From the sequence record MZ234031.1: 64,000 nt of DNA. One strand, 5' to 3'. A program made the position numbers and the translations under genes. Below are positions 9,014 to 17,898 of this stretch, one piece after another. The notes beneath the pieces were generated by a model. That model did no database searches. It saw nothing but the letters and a program-made list of their open reading frames with translations, and was not told the DNA's origin. Origin of the DNA: Escherichia phage vB_EcoM-CHD94UKE2. Numbering within the stretch: the first letter of the stretch is position 1; every line of letters starts with the position of its first letter.

Positions 9014-10827
9014 CAATTGAAAAAGAAATTGAAGGATTGATTCATAAAACTAATAAAGACCTTTTAAACGAGAATGCTAATAAAGATTCTCGTGTTTTTC
9101 CAACTCAACGGGACCTTATGGCTGGTATTGTGTCTAAACACATTGCCAAAAATATGGTCCCGTCTTTTATTATGAAAGCGCATGAAAGCGGAATTATTCA
9201 TTTCCATGATATTGATTATTCCCCTGCTCTTCCATTTACTAATTGTTGTTTAGTAGATTTAAAAGGAATGCTTGAAAACGGATTTAAGCTTGGTAATGCA
9301 CAGATTGAAACTCCTAAATCAATTGGCGTTGCTACTGCAATTATGGCGCAAATTACTGCACAGGTTGCTTCTCACCAATACGGCGGAACGACTTTTGCTA
9401 ATGTAGATAAAGTACTTTCTCCTTATGTTAAACGCACCTATGCAAAACATATTGAGGATGCAGAAAAATGGCAAATCGCTGATGCGTTAAATTATGCTCA
9501 ATCTAAAACAGAAAAAGATGTATACGATGCATTCCAAGCTTATGAATATGAAGTAAATACTCTCTTTAGTTCAAACGGACAGACTCCTTTTGTAACAATT
9601 ACATTTGGTACGGGAACTGACTGGACTGAACGAATGATTCAGAAAGCAATTCTGAAAAATCGTATTAAAGGTCTCGGTCGTGATGGGATAACTCCTATTT
9701 TCCCTAAGCTTGTTATGTTCGTTGAAGAAGGCGTTAATCTTTATAAAGACGATCCGAACTATGATATTAAGCAGCTTGCTTTAGAGTGTGCAAGCAAAAG
9801 GATGTATCCTGATATTATTTCAGCTAAGAACAATAAAGCTATCACCGGCTCATCTATTCCTGTTTCTCCAATGGGTTGCCGCAGTTTCTTGAGCGCGTGG
9901 AAAGATTCAACCGGTAATGAAATTCTTGATGGACGTAATAATCTTGGTGTTGTAACACTGAATCTTCCTCGTATTGCGTTGGATTCTTATATTGGAACAC
10001 AGTTCAATGAACAGAAATTTACTGAATTGTTCAATGAGCGAATGGATTTATGTTTTGAAGCTTTGATGTGTAGAATTAGTTCCTTAAAAGGAGTTAAAGC
10101 GACTGTTGCTCCTATTCTTTACCAAGAAGGTGCATTCGGGGTTCGTCTTAAACCTGATGACGACATAATTGAGTTATTTAAAAACGGTAGAAGTTCAGTG
10201 TCTTTAGGATACATTGGTATTCATGAATTGAATATTCTTGTCGGTCGTGATATTGGACAAGAAATTTTAACTAAAATGAATGCTCGTCTTAAACAGTGGG
10301 CTGAAAGAACTGGGTTTGCTTTTAGTTTGTATTCGACTCCTGCTGAAAACCTTTGTTATCGCTTCTGTAAACTTGATACAGAAAAATATGGAAGTGTAAA
10401 AGATGTTACCGATAAAGGATGGTACACTAACAGTTTCCATGTTTCAGTAGAAGAAAATATTACTCCGTTTGAAAAGATTTCTCGCGAAGCCCCATATCAT
10501 TTCATTGCGACAGGTGGTCACATTTCTTATGTTGAACTTCCTGATATGAAAAATAACCTAAAAGGTCTTGAGGCTGTCTGGGATTATGCTGCACAACATT
10601 TAGATTATTTTGGTGTTAATATGCCAGTAGATAAGTGTTTTACATGCGGAAGTACCCATGAAATGACTCCTACTGAAAACGGATTTGTTTGTTCTATTTG
10701 TGGAGAAACTGATCCTAAAAAGATGAACACAATAAGAAGAACATGCGGCTATCTTGGAACTCCTAGCGTTGTTCCATGGAATTTAGGTAAAATGAAAGAA
10801 ATGGTAAAACGAGTAAAACATGCATAG
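9010..10827 (+). CDS. nrdD: anaerobic ribonucleoside-triphosphate reductase NrdD (uninterrupted)
   Basis: 605 aa continuous ORF, C-terminal glycyl-radical motif RRTCGYLG; no intron. Confidence 0.95.
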   Translation: MTIEKEIEGLIHKTNKDLLNENANKDSRVFPTQRDLMAGIVSKHIAKNMVPSFIMKAHESGIIHFHDIDYSPALPFTNCCLVDLKGMLENGFKLGNAQIETPKSIGVATAIMAQITAQVASHQYGGTTFANVDKVLSPYVKRTYAKHIEDAEKWQIADALNYAQSKTEKDVYDAFQAYEYEVNTLFSSNGQTPFVTITFGTGTDWTERMIQKAILKNRIKGLGRDGITPIFPKLVMFVEEGVNLYKDDPNYDIKQLALECASKRMYPDIISAKNNKAITGSSIPVSPMGCRSFLSAWKDSTGNEILDGRNNLGVVTLNLPRIALDSYIGTQFNEQKFTELFNERMDLCFEALMCRISSLKGVKATVAPILYQEGAFGVRLKPDDDIIELFKNGRSSVSLGYIGIHELNILVGRDIGQEILTKMNARLKQWAERTGFAFSLYSTPAENLCYRFCKLDTEKYGSVKDVTDKGWYTNSFHVSVEENITPFEKISREAPYHFIATGGHISYVELPDMKNNLKGLEAVWDYAAQHLDYFGVNMPVDKCFTCGSTHEMTPTENGFVCSICGETDPKKMNTIRRTCGYLGTPSVVPWNLGKMKEMVKRVKHA

Positions 10828-11650
10828 GTATTATATAATTTATAAAATAACAAATATAATTAATTCAAAGGAATATATCGGTGCGCATAGCACCGATAAC
10901 ATAAATGACGGTTATATGGGGTCAGGAACATTGATTCGTGCCGCTTTATTAAAATATGGTAGAAAAAATTTTAATAAAGAAATTTTACATGTTTTTGATA
11001 ATGAAAAACAAATGTATGATAAAGAAGCTGAACTTGTAACCGAAGAGTATTGTCTAAAAGAAAATACATATAATATTAAACCTGGTGGAAAAGGTGGAAC
11101 TGCTTATGAACAGACACTTGAACATCGCCACAAAAATAGTTTAGCAAATAAAGGTAAAAAGAAAACAGCAGAAACTAAAATAGCTATTTCACGTGCTTTA
11201 AAGAAATATAAACGTACACCAGAGCATCAAGCAAATTTAAATAAAGCTGTAAGCATAGCTATGAAGCGAAAAGATGTTAGAAGTAAATTAGTTGGAGAGC
11301 GGTCTGAGAAAGATAAATTATCTATATCAAACGGTGTTAAAAAATATTACAATTCTTTGAGCGAAGAAGAACGCGAACTTCATCGCAAGCGAATTATTGA
11401 AGGTAAAAAGAATTCTCCCATGTCATTGGAATCTAGACAAAAGCTTTCAAAAGCTTTAAAAGGACTTCAAGTTGGTTCAAAAAATCCAATGTATGGAAAA
11501 ATTTCTCCAACTAGTAAAACCGTTTCAGTTGACGGTATTAAATATGATTCAATTAAAAAGTGCTCAAATGCCATAAAAGTTTCTAGACATCTTATACTGA
11601 AACGCTGTAATTCTACTGATGAAGCTTGGAAAAATTGGATATTATTATGA
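10820..11650 (+). CDS. free-standing GIY-YIG homing endonuclease (SegH-like by position)
   Basis: 276 aa; YIIYKITN...KEYIGAHS GIY-YIG core, C-terminal NUMOD-like basic repeats; overlaps nrdD stop and nrdG start. Confidence 0.8.
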   Translation: MHRYYIIYKITNIINSKEYIGAHSTDNINDGYMGSGTLIRAALLKYGRKNFNKEILHVFDNEKQMYDKEAELVTEEYCLKENTYNIKPGGKGGTAYEQTLEHRHKNSLANKGKKKTAETKIAISRALKKYKRTPEHQANLNKAVSIAMKRKDVRSKLVGERSEKDKLSISNGVKKYYNSLSEEERELHRKRIIEGKKNSPMSLESRQKLSKALKGLQVGSKNPMYGKISPTSKTVSVDGIKYDSIKKCSNAIKVSRHLILKRCNSTDEAWKNWILL

Positions 11651-12173
11651 ACTATGACAGAATATACCCGTGCTGCTTTGTGAATGGTCCTGGATGCAGG
11701 ACCGTTCTTTTCGTGAATATACCCGTGCTGCTTTGTGAATGGTCCTGGATGCAGGACCGTTCTTTTCGTTACAGGTTGTTTGCATAAATGCGAAGGGTGT
11801 TATAATAAATCAACATGGAATGCTAGAAATGGTATTCCATTCACTGGTGAAACACTAGAACAATTAATTGAATGTTTGAATAATGATTATATAGAAGGAT
11901 TAACTATAACCGGAGGTGACCCTCTTTATCCTGATAACAGAGACGTGATTCATTGCATCGTTCAAACAGTAAAAAAATCTTTATCCCAATAAAAGCATTT
12001 GGTTGTGGACAGGATATAAGTTTGAAGATATTAAACAACTAGAAATGCTTAAATATGTTGATGTTATTATTGATGGAAAGTATGAGAAAAATCTTCCGAC
12101 TAAAAAGCTGTGGCGAGGATCAGATAATCAGCGACTTTGGTCAAATACCTATGGGGTGTGGAAACATGATTAA
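11647..12173 (+). pseudogene. nrdG: nrdG (anaerobic RNR activase) disrupted by 55-bp tandem duplication and +1 frameshift
   Basis: MNYDRIYPC... start at 11647; radical-SAM CLHKCEGC in second frame (ORF 11735-11992); conserved SIWLWTGYK...WRGSDNQ C-terminus in third frame to stop 12171-12173. Confidence 0.8.
11660..11769 (+). repeat. perfect 55-bp tandem duplication inside nrdG
   Basis: 11660-11714 identical to 11715-11769. Confidence 0.95.
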
Positions 12174-12293
12174 ATTGAATTATATTATATTATGGATACT
12201 ATAAATGATATGATTTTTCATTTTGGTCCAGAATTTTATTCCCAATATAGTTTAGTGCTTATCAATGCTTGGTTAATTAATTAAGGGTAAAAT

Positions 12294-12509
12294 ATGTATA
12301 AATTTCGTAAAGGTTTAGCTGATTTTCTTACAACTGTAACATTCTTTCTGTTTATGGCAGTTGGAGCTATTTTCCTTATTCCTTTTATTGCTATATTTTT
12401 CGTGATTAGTTTAATTTCTCCAGAAAAGGGCTTATCTTCTAGTGAGTTTAATGAGCGTCTGGATAAAATTACTAACAAGCTGAATGCTGTTCTTGATAAA
12501 AAGGCTTAA
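12294..12509 (+). CDS. hypothetical membrane protein (71 aa)
   Basis: one long hydrophobic segment, AAGGG SD. Confidence 0.45.
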   Translation: MYKFRKGLADFLTTVTFFLFMAVGAIFLIPFIAIFFVISLISPEKGLSSSEFNERLDKITNKLNAVLDKKA

Positions 12510-12511
12510 TT

Positions 12512-12823
12512 ATGATTAGTTTTGAGCGGTATGTAGTAGAGAGTTGGAATGGTTTTGATATGTTCGGTAATGACTATTATTTCTATGAATGTAGTCTGAA
12601 CCCAAGCTTCTGGGCTGGACGTGAACAAGACCTCGAAGAAATCAACGCTCGTGCCGATTTGTTAGGTGAACTGCCTACTACTTATTTCACCTTTGATGAA
12701 TCCGGCTTCGTTATCCAGGTTTATTTTCCTGAAGAAAACTCTGGTGAGGATTCTGTTAATCCTCCTTATTGGGCTTACCAAGGAATTATTTCTCGTGGAA
12801 CAAAACTCGAACTTAAAGAATAA
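12512..12823 (+). CDS. hypothetical protein (103 aa)
   Basis: AAGG SD, acidic protein. Confidence 0.5.
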   Translation: MISFERYVVESWNGFDMFGNDYYFYECSLNPSFWAGREQDLEEINARADLLGELPTTYFTFDESGFVIQVYFPEENSGEDSVNPPYWAYQGIISRGTKLELKE

Positions 12824-13118
12824 GATTGAAGTCTATGGAATTCCAGATGAAGTAGGTCGTTGTCCTGGATGTCAATCAGTTACAAAACTTCTAAAGGAGC
12901 TCAATGCTCCTTTTACTTTCTATAAAGTTCTTACAAATAATGGTAAGATTGAGTATGATCGTCCACTGATTGTATCTCTTGCTAAACGCGCTGGATTCAC
13001 ATCTCTTAGCATTCGTTATCCAGTCATTTTCATTAATGATTCTAGACAAAAGAACATTAAACACTTCAAAGAAACTCTCATTTCACTTGGATATGATAGA
13101 GATATCATAGAAGACTAA
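12822..13118 (+). CDS. nrdH: glutaredoxin-like redoxin (NrdH-like by position); start codon unresolved
   Basis: KIEVYGIPDEVGRCPGCQ with CPGC active site; no in-frame ATG/GTG/TTG near the conserved N-terminus (ATT at 12825). Confidence 0.45.
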   Translation, partial: KIEVYGIPDEVGRCPGCQSVTKLLKELNAPFTFYKVLTNNGKIEYDRPLIVSLAKRAGFTSLSIRYPVIFINDSRQKNIKHFKETLISLGYDRDIIED

Positions 13119-13121
13119 GAC

Positions 13122-13140
13122 GGGCCCTCTGGGCCTTTCT
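13122..13140 (+). terminator. hairpin terminator-like element
   Basis: GGGCCC-TCT-GGGCCT followed by T-rich tract. Confidence 0.45.
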
Positions 13141-13215
13141 TTCTCACATTCTGTATATTACCATTCTAAGCTATCGTTCCCTTCTTATCATTCCCTAAAA
13201 TAATTTCACAAAGTT

Positions 13216-13245
13216 GTTTACAACAAGTTCAAACTGTGGTATTAT
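13216..13245 (+). promoter_or_regulatory. T4-type early promoter (GTTTAC-N18-TATTAT)
   Basis: -35 13216-13221, -10 13240-13245. Confidence 0.5.
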
Positions 13246-13275
13246 TAACATATGAATTGCCTTTGAGGATTTGAT

Positions 13276-13458
13276 ATGGTTGTGGTTGATAAAGAGATTA
13301 AAAAGGGACAATATTATTTTATTAATGGTAATGTTGTTCGTGTTACTTATGTAAACGGTTTTGAAGTTTATTATCTTATACTCAAGTTACATAAACAGAT
13401 GATTTGTGATCGTGCTGTATTTAGTTCAGTTGCTAAGGAAATTAAACTCCATGGGTAA
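13276..13458 (+). CDS. hypothetical protein (60 aa)
   Basis: GAGGA SD. Confidence 0.4.
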   Translation: MVVVDKEIKKGQYYFINGNVVRVTYVNGFEVYYLILKLHKQMICDRAVFSSVAKEIKLHG

Positions 13459-13744
13459 AACGTATCGTCGTAAAGATTTAAAAGTACGTGATTATGACTA
13501 TTTCGGAAAGCGTAAAGCTCCTGATGGTGTAAGTCATAAAGATATGGTTGAAAACATTTTTCGCTCTGATAAATGGCGTAGAATGAAAGGCATTGATTCA
13601 GAAGTTAAAGATGAGCTAAATCGTCAATTACGTAGTGAAGTAAGAAAGTTGAAAAAATCAGTTTACATTGACGATGATTTTGATTACAATACTTCTCAAC
13701 GAGTTGCTAAGCGCAAATCAAACGAGTGTTATCGTTATAGCTGA
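13451..13744 (+). CDS. hypothetical basic protein (97 aa)
   Basis: ATG 13451 (MGKTYRRKDLK...); ORF-track start 13406 overlaps upstream gene. Confidence 0.4.
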   Translation: MGKTYRRKDLKVRDYDYFGKRKAPDGVSHKDMVENIFRSDKWRRMKGIDSEVKDELNRQLRSEVRKLKKSVYIDDDFDYNTSQRVAKRKSNECYRYS

Positions 13745-13751
13745 GGAAAAT

Positions 13752-13883
13752 ATGAATATCAAACGCATGCTTTTTAAGCAAGGGCTATATACTTTAAATG
13801 CTACTCCAAAAGGAGATACAACTAAGTGGTTAGTAAATGACTGGATTAAATTTATTGATGAAAATGGTAATTGGGAAATTTAA
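13752..13883 (+). CDS. hypothetical protein (43 aa)
   Basis: ATG after GAGGAAAAT; short. Confidence 0.3.
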   Translation: MNIKRMLFKQGLYTLNATPKGDTTKWLVNDWIKFIDENGNWEI

Positions 13884-14084
13884 ATGAATCCTGAATCTAA
13901 ATTATCGCAGCGAATTGCTGAAGAACGCGCCAAATTTTTCCAGAACATGAAACACAATGGTATTGAGGATGAAGTTTTTCTAAATTGGTTCTGGAATAAT
14001 AAGTATGCAGCATGCGAAGGAGCTTTGTCATTGTCAGTCGCAATGATGTACGAAGGCTGGAAGGGTGCCAAAAAGTTTAGCTAA
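13884..14084 (+). CDS. hypothetical protein (66 aa)
   Basis: TAAATG junction; followed by terminator. Confidence 0.45.
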   Translation: MNPESKLSQRIAEERAKFFQNMKHNGIEDEVFLNWFWNNKYAACEGALSLSVAMMYEGWKGAKKFS

Positions 14085-14101
14085 GGGCTTCGGCCCTTTT
14101 T
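14085..14101 (+). terminator. intrinsic terminator (GGGC-UUCG-GCCC + T5)
   Basis: GGGCTTCGGCCC then TTTTT. Confidence 0.7.
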
Positions 14102-14136
14102 GGATAATAAAATTTTAATGCAATTGAGGATAATGT

Positions 14137-14463
14137 ATGACTATTCAAATTAAAAACGCCATCAATTCTTACGCATATGATAAAGTAGTTTCTCTGCTAG
14201 AAAAAGGCGATATTGTAACTCCTCAAATTTTGGATAAATGGGAAAAAGAGCTTCATCAGACGATGAAACAGAATGATCAGAAGATTGGACGCAATACTGT
14301 CCGTGAATTGTTGGTTCAATATATCTTGTCAGAATTTGATGTTAAAGCTTTTGGTGTAGAATCTAAAGCTTATCAAAAGCATGAAATTTCCGATAAAACT
14401 ATTCGTCGTATGAAAAATCAACGCAAGAAAAAATTTGCAGACCTGAAAATTACTAAGGTATAA
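14137..14463 (+). CDS. hypothetical protein (108 aa)
   Basis: GAGGA SD. Confidence 0.5.
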   Translation: MTIQIKNAINSYAYDKVVSLLEKGDIVTPQILDKWEKELHQTMKQNDQKIGRNTVRELLVQYILSEFDVKAFGVESKAYQKHEISDKTIRRMKNQRKKKFADLKITKV

Positions 14464-14465
14464 TT

Positions 14466-14681
14466 ATGAACGAAGCTCTTATTAACGATTTGCGTCTTGC
14501 CGGATATGAAGTAAATACAAATGGCATTGGTTTAACTCAAATTGAAGGAAACGGATTCATCCTTGAGTATGAATTTAGCCAATGGTGGTTATATGCCAAT
14601 TACGGCGAATTGATTGAATATGTTGACCAATTTGATTCACTAGATGCAGCTCTTGAAGCGGCTAAGTTGATGAATGTATGA
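14466..14681 (+). CDS. hypothetical protein (71 aa)
   Basis: AAGG SD. Confidence 0.45.
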   Translation: MNEALINDLRLAGYEVNTNGIGLTQIEGNGFILEYEFSQWWLYANYGELIEYVDQFDSLDAALEAAKLMNV

Positions 14682-14947
14682 AATTAATTAATATTTCTAT
14701 TGCTATTGAAAATTTTGGTATTTTCTATGTTGACCAATACATGAAAATTTCATTTTTCCCAAATAAAACTGGTGTTGGATATTGGGAAAGCCATGTTTCT
14801 GAATTAAATGAAAGTGAATATGTTAGTACACATAAAAAGTTTTTAGACTTTTTATATCGCGCTGATATTAATGATCATTACATAGATATTCATGAATTTA
14901 AAAAGATGATGGAGAAAGTGTTCCAAGCATACTGCTTACTTAGATAA
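14678..14947 (+). CDS. hypothetical protein (89 aa)
   Basis: ATGA overlap. Confidence 0.45.
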   Translation: MKLINISIAIENFGIFYVDQYMKISFFPNKTGVGYWESHVSELNESEYVSTHKKFLDFLYRADINDHYIDIHEFKKMMEKVFQAYCLLR

Positions 14948-15025
14948 CTGATATCCTCTATGCTTTAAGATAGATCTTCAAATATTATGATATAATAGAT
15001 CTATGAATTGAGCTAAGAGGTGAAA

Positions 15026-15583
15026 ATGTCAGAAACTAAGCCTAAATATAATTACGTAAACAATAAAGAGCTTTTACAAGCTATTATTGATTGGAAAACA
15101 GAATTAGCAAATAATAAAGACCCAAATAAAGTAGTTCGTCAGAATGATACTATCGGATTAGCCATTATGCTTATTGCAGAAGGCTTATCTAAACGTTTCA
15201 ACTTTTCAGGATACACCCAGTCTTGGAAACAAGAAATGATTGCAGATGGTATAGAAGCTTCTATTAAGGGGCTTCACAATTTTGATGAAACGAAATATAA
15301 AAACCCACATGCGTATATAACTCAAGCTTGTTTTAATGCATTTGTCCAACGTATTAAAAAAGAACGTAAGGAAGTTGCAAAGAAATATAGTTACTTCGTT
15401 CACAATGTCTATGACAGTCGTGACGACGATATGGTTGCGTTAGTAGATGAAACTTTTATTCAAGACATCTACGATAAAATGACGCATTACGAAGAATCAA
15501 CCTATAGAACACCGGGGGCTGAAAAGAAAAGTGTTGTAGACGATTCTCCTAGTTTGGATTTTTTATATGAGGCTAACGATTAA
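15026..15583 (+). CDS. 55: late-transcription sigma factor gp55
   Basis: 185 aa from ATG 15026 ([20 protein letters not shown]...); matches T4 gp55 by recall; ORF-track start 15020 is GTG. Confidence 0.9.
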
Positions 15584-15786
15584 CCTCTCCGGATTCTTGG
15601 AAGAAATACCTGAAGTTGAAGCTATTCCCTATTTACTTAAAATGTATCTCAGGGAAGTTTTAGCTCTTGACATTGATATTGATCCAGAAAATCCGTATGA
15701 TACCGCTTTTAAATCTAATGGTGTAGAATTAAACTATCGGTATCATTTAACAGATGATGATTTTTATTTTATATTAGAGAAATAAT

Positions 15787-16104
15787 ATGACTGATAAACC
15801 CGAAATTAATGATGAAGTGGAAAAGCTTATTTCTTCTATTGAAGAAAAGAACCGTCTTGAAGCAGAAAGAAAAGCAAATAAGTTATTGTCTAAAAACAAA
15901 CGCGAACTGAATCGTCTTTATAAGCACGCTCAGATCGCAGCTGAAAACAATAATTTTGCTCAATACGAATATGCTATCAAGAAAAGTCGGGATATTCTGA
16001 AACAGCCATATAACGATGAACTCATCAGTATTCTTTGGAAGACTACTAGATCGCAGATTGAGGATATGATTGATGCTTACACACGTAAAATTCAAGCGTC
16101 TTAA
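15787..16104 (+). CDS. hypothetical protein (105 aa), helical
   Basis: GAGA SD, TAATATG junction. Confidence 0.45.
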   Translation: MTDKPEINDEVEKLISSIEEKNRLEAERKANKLLSKNKRELNRLYKHAQIAAENNNFAQYEYAIKKSRDILKQPYNDELISILWKTTRSQIEDMIDAYTRKIQAS

Positions 16105-16519
16105 AATTAATGCAGGATTTACTGAATCTTTGAATGGTCATCTTTGTGTGAAAATTTCTGAAAAAGAATACCATGATAGTTCAATTAAAGAAGTTAATCC
16201 TCCTATTGTAAGAGCAGACCCCAATATGAAAGTGTGGGTTGATTCTTATCAAGTCAAAAAATGGTGGCAGTTATGAAAGATGAACACCCAGACTTCTGAA
16301 ATAGATTATAATAAAATTCGTTCCTCTAAAGAGGAAATGATGAGACGCTTTAAAGAGTCTCATGATAAAGCTAAAGCAGAAGGAACTATAAAATATAAGC
16401 GCATAAAATTTAAAAGTTCTAACGAGCCTCTGTATGGCGTATTATGTGGATAGGAGCTTCGGCTCCTATATTGCTTTATAAATTTTTGGTAAAATAAACC
16501 AAAACAAAGAGGATATTAA

Positions 16520-17722
16520 ATGAAAGTATGTATTTTTATGGCTCGAGGTCTTGAAGGTTGCGGTGTAACTAAATTTTCTCTTGAGCAGCGTGATTGGTTT
16601 ATTAAAAATGGTCATGAAGTAACTTTGGTTTATGCTAAAGATAAATCATTTACTCGTAATTGTGCGCATGATTATAAATCATTTTCAATTCCGGTTTTAT
16701 TAGCAAAAGAATACGATAAAACACTTAAGCTGGTAAATGATTGTGATATTCTAATTATCAATTCAGTTCCTGCTACTTCGGTTGAAGAAGACACTATTAA
16801 TAACTATAAAAAAATTATTGATAACATTAAACCTTCTGTTCGTGTTGTAGTTTATCAACATGACCATTCTTCTCTTTCTTTGCGCCGAAATTTGGGATTA
16901 GAAGAAACTGTTCGTCGAGCTGATGTTATTTTTAGCCATTCTGATAATGGTGATTTTAATAAAGTTCTGATGAAAGAATGGTATCCTGAAACAGTTTCTC
17001 TGTTTGATGATATTGAAGAAGCACCGACAGTATATAACTTTCAGCCTCCTATGGATATTGCGAAGGTTCGGTCAACCTACTGGAAAGATGTTTCTGAAAT
17101 TAACATGAATATCAACCGTTGGATTGGTCGTACGACTACATGGAAAGGTTTTTATCAGATGTTTGATTTTCATGAAAAACATCTTAAACCTGCAGGACTA
17201 AGTACTATTATGGAAGGTCTGGAACGTTCTCCAGCGTTCATTCCTATTAAAGAAAAAGGAATTCCATACGAGTATTATCGTCTTCATCAAGTAGACCAAA
17301 TTAAAATTGCTCCTAATTTGCCAACGCAAATTCTTGACCGTTATGTAAATAGCGAAATGCTTGAACGCATGAGTAAATCCGGATTTGGTTATCAGCTGAG
17401 TAAGTTGGACAAAAAATATCTACAACGTTCTTTAGAATATACTCATCTCGAGCTTGGTGCATGTGGAACAATTCCTGTTTTCTGGAAATCTACTGGCGAA
17501 AATTTAAAATTCCGTGTTGATAATACTCCTTTGACCTCACATGATAGCGGTATCATTTGGTTTGATGAAAATGACATGGAATCAACATTCGAGCGTATTA
17601 AAGAATTGTCATCTGACCGAGCTCTTTATGACCGTGAGCGAGAAAAAGCATATGAATTTTTGTATCAGCATCAAGATTCAAGCTTCTGTTTTAAAGAACA
17701 GTTTGACATTATTACAAAATAA
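16520..17722 (+). CDS. agt: DNA alpha-glucosyltransferase
   Basis: 400 aa, MKVCIFMARGLEGCGVTKFSLEQRDWFIKNGHEV...; matches T4 a-gt by recall. Confidence 0.9.
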   Translation: MKVCIFMARGLEGCGVTKFSLEQRDWFIKNGHEVTLVYAKDKSFTRNCAHDYKSFSIPVLLAKEYDKTLKLVNDCDILIINSVPATSVEEDTINNYKKIIDNIKPSVRVVVYQHDHSSLSLRRNLGLEETVRRADVIFSHSDNGDFNKVLMKEWYPETVSLFDDIEEAPTVYNFQPPMDIAKVRSTYWKDVSEINMNINRWIGRTTTWKGFYQMFDFHEKHLKPAGLSTIMEGLERSPAFIPIKEKGIPYEYYRLHQVDQIKIAPNLPTQILDRYVNSEMLERMSKSGFGYQLSKLDKKYLQRSLEYTHLELGACGTIPVFWKSTGENLKFRVDNTPLTSHDSGIIWFDENDMESTFERIKELSSDRALYDREREKAYEFLYQHQDSSFCFKEQFDIITK

Positions 17723-17723
17723 A

Positions 17724-17738
17724 GGGCTTCGGCCCTTT
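17724..17738 (+). terminator. intrinsic terminator hairpin (GGGCUUCGGCCC)
   Basis: GGGCTTCGGCCC + TTT directly after agt stop. Confidence 0.65.
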
Positions 17739-17898
17739 AGCTTTATACGGAGTTTGATATAATGATATTTCTTGGATATGTGATACTTTTTCTTGCATTT
17801 TATCTATTCACTAGAGCATGTTGGATTGGGTTCTTTAGCACTCCAGATGGATTTATTTCAATAATTTTATTTTGCATTTCAATGACGGTTCTTGATAT

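Noticed and set aside
9010-10827. Possible group I intron in nrdD (present in T4)
   Set aside because: The ORF is continuous for 605 codons through the glycyl-radical motif; no intron-sized interruption or intronic ORF inside it.
12666-12821. N-terminal 50-codon extension of the redoxin ORF (ORF-track start 12666)
   Set aside because: It lies entirely inside the preceding 103-aa gene in another frame and looks like alternate-frame read-through, not a signal peptide.
14961-14996. Possible MotA-box middle promoter (TGCTTTA) upstream of gene 55
   Set aside because: MotA-box-like heptamer present, but spacing to any TAnnnT -10 is 15 nt or more; not confident enough to annotate.
15567-15785. 72-codon ORF overlapping the 3' end of gene 55
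   Set aside because: Start uncertain (17-nt overlap with gene 55, no SD); could be real but support is too weak to list as a feature.
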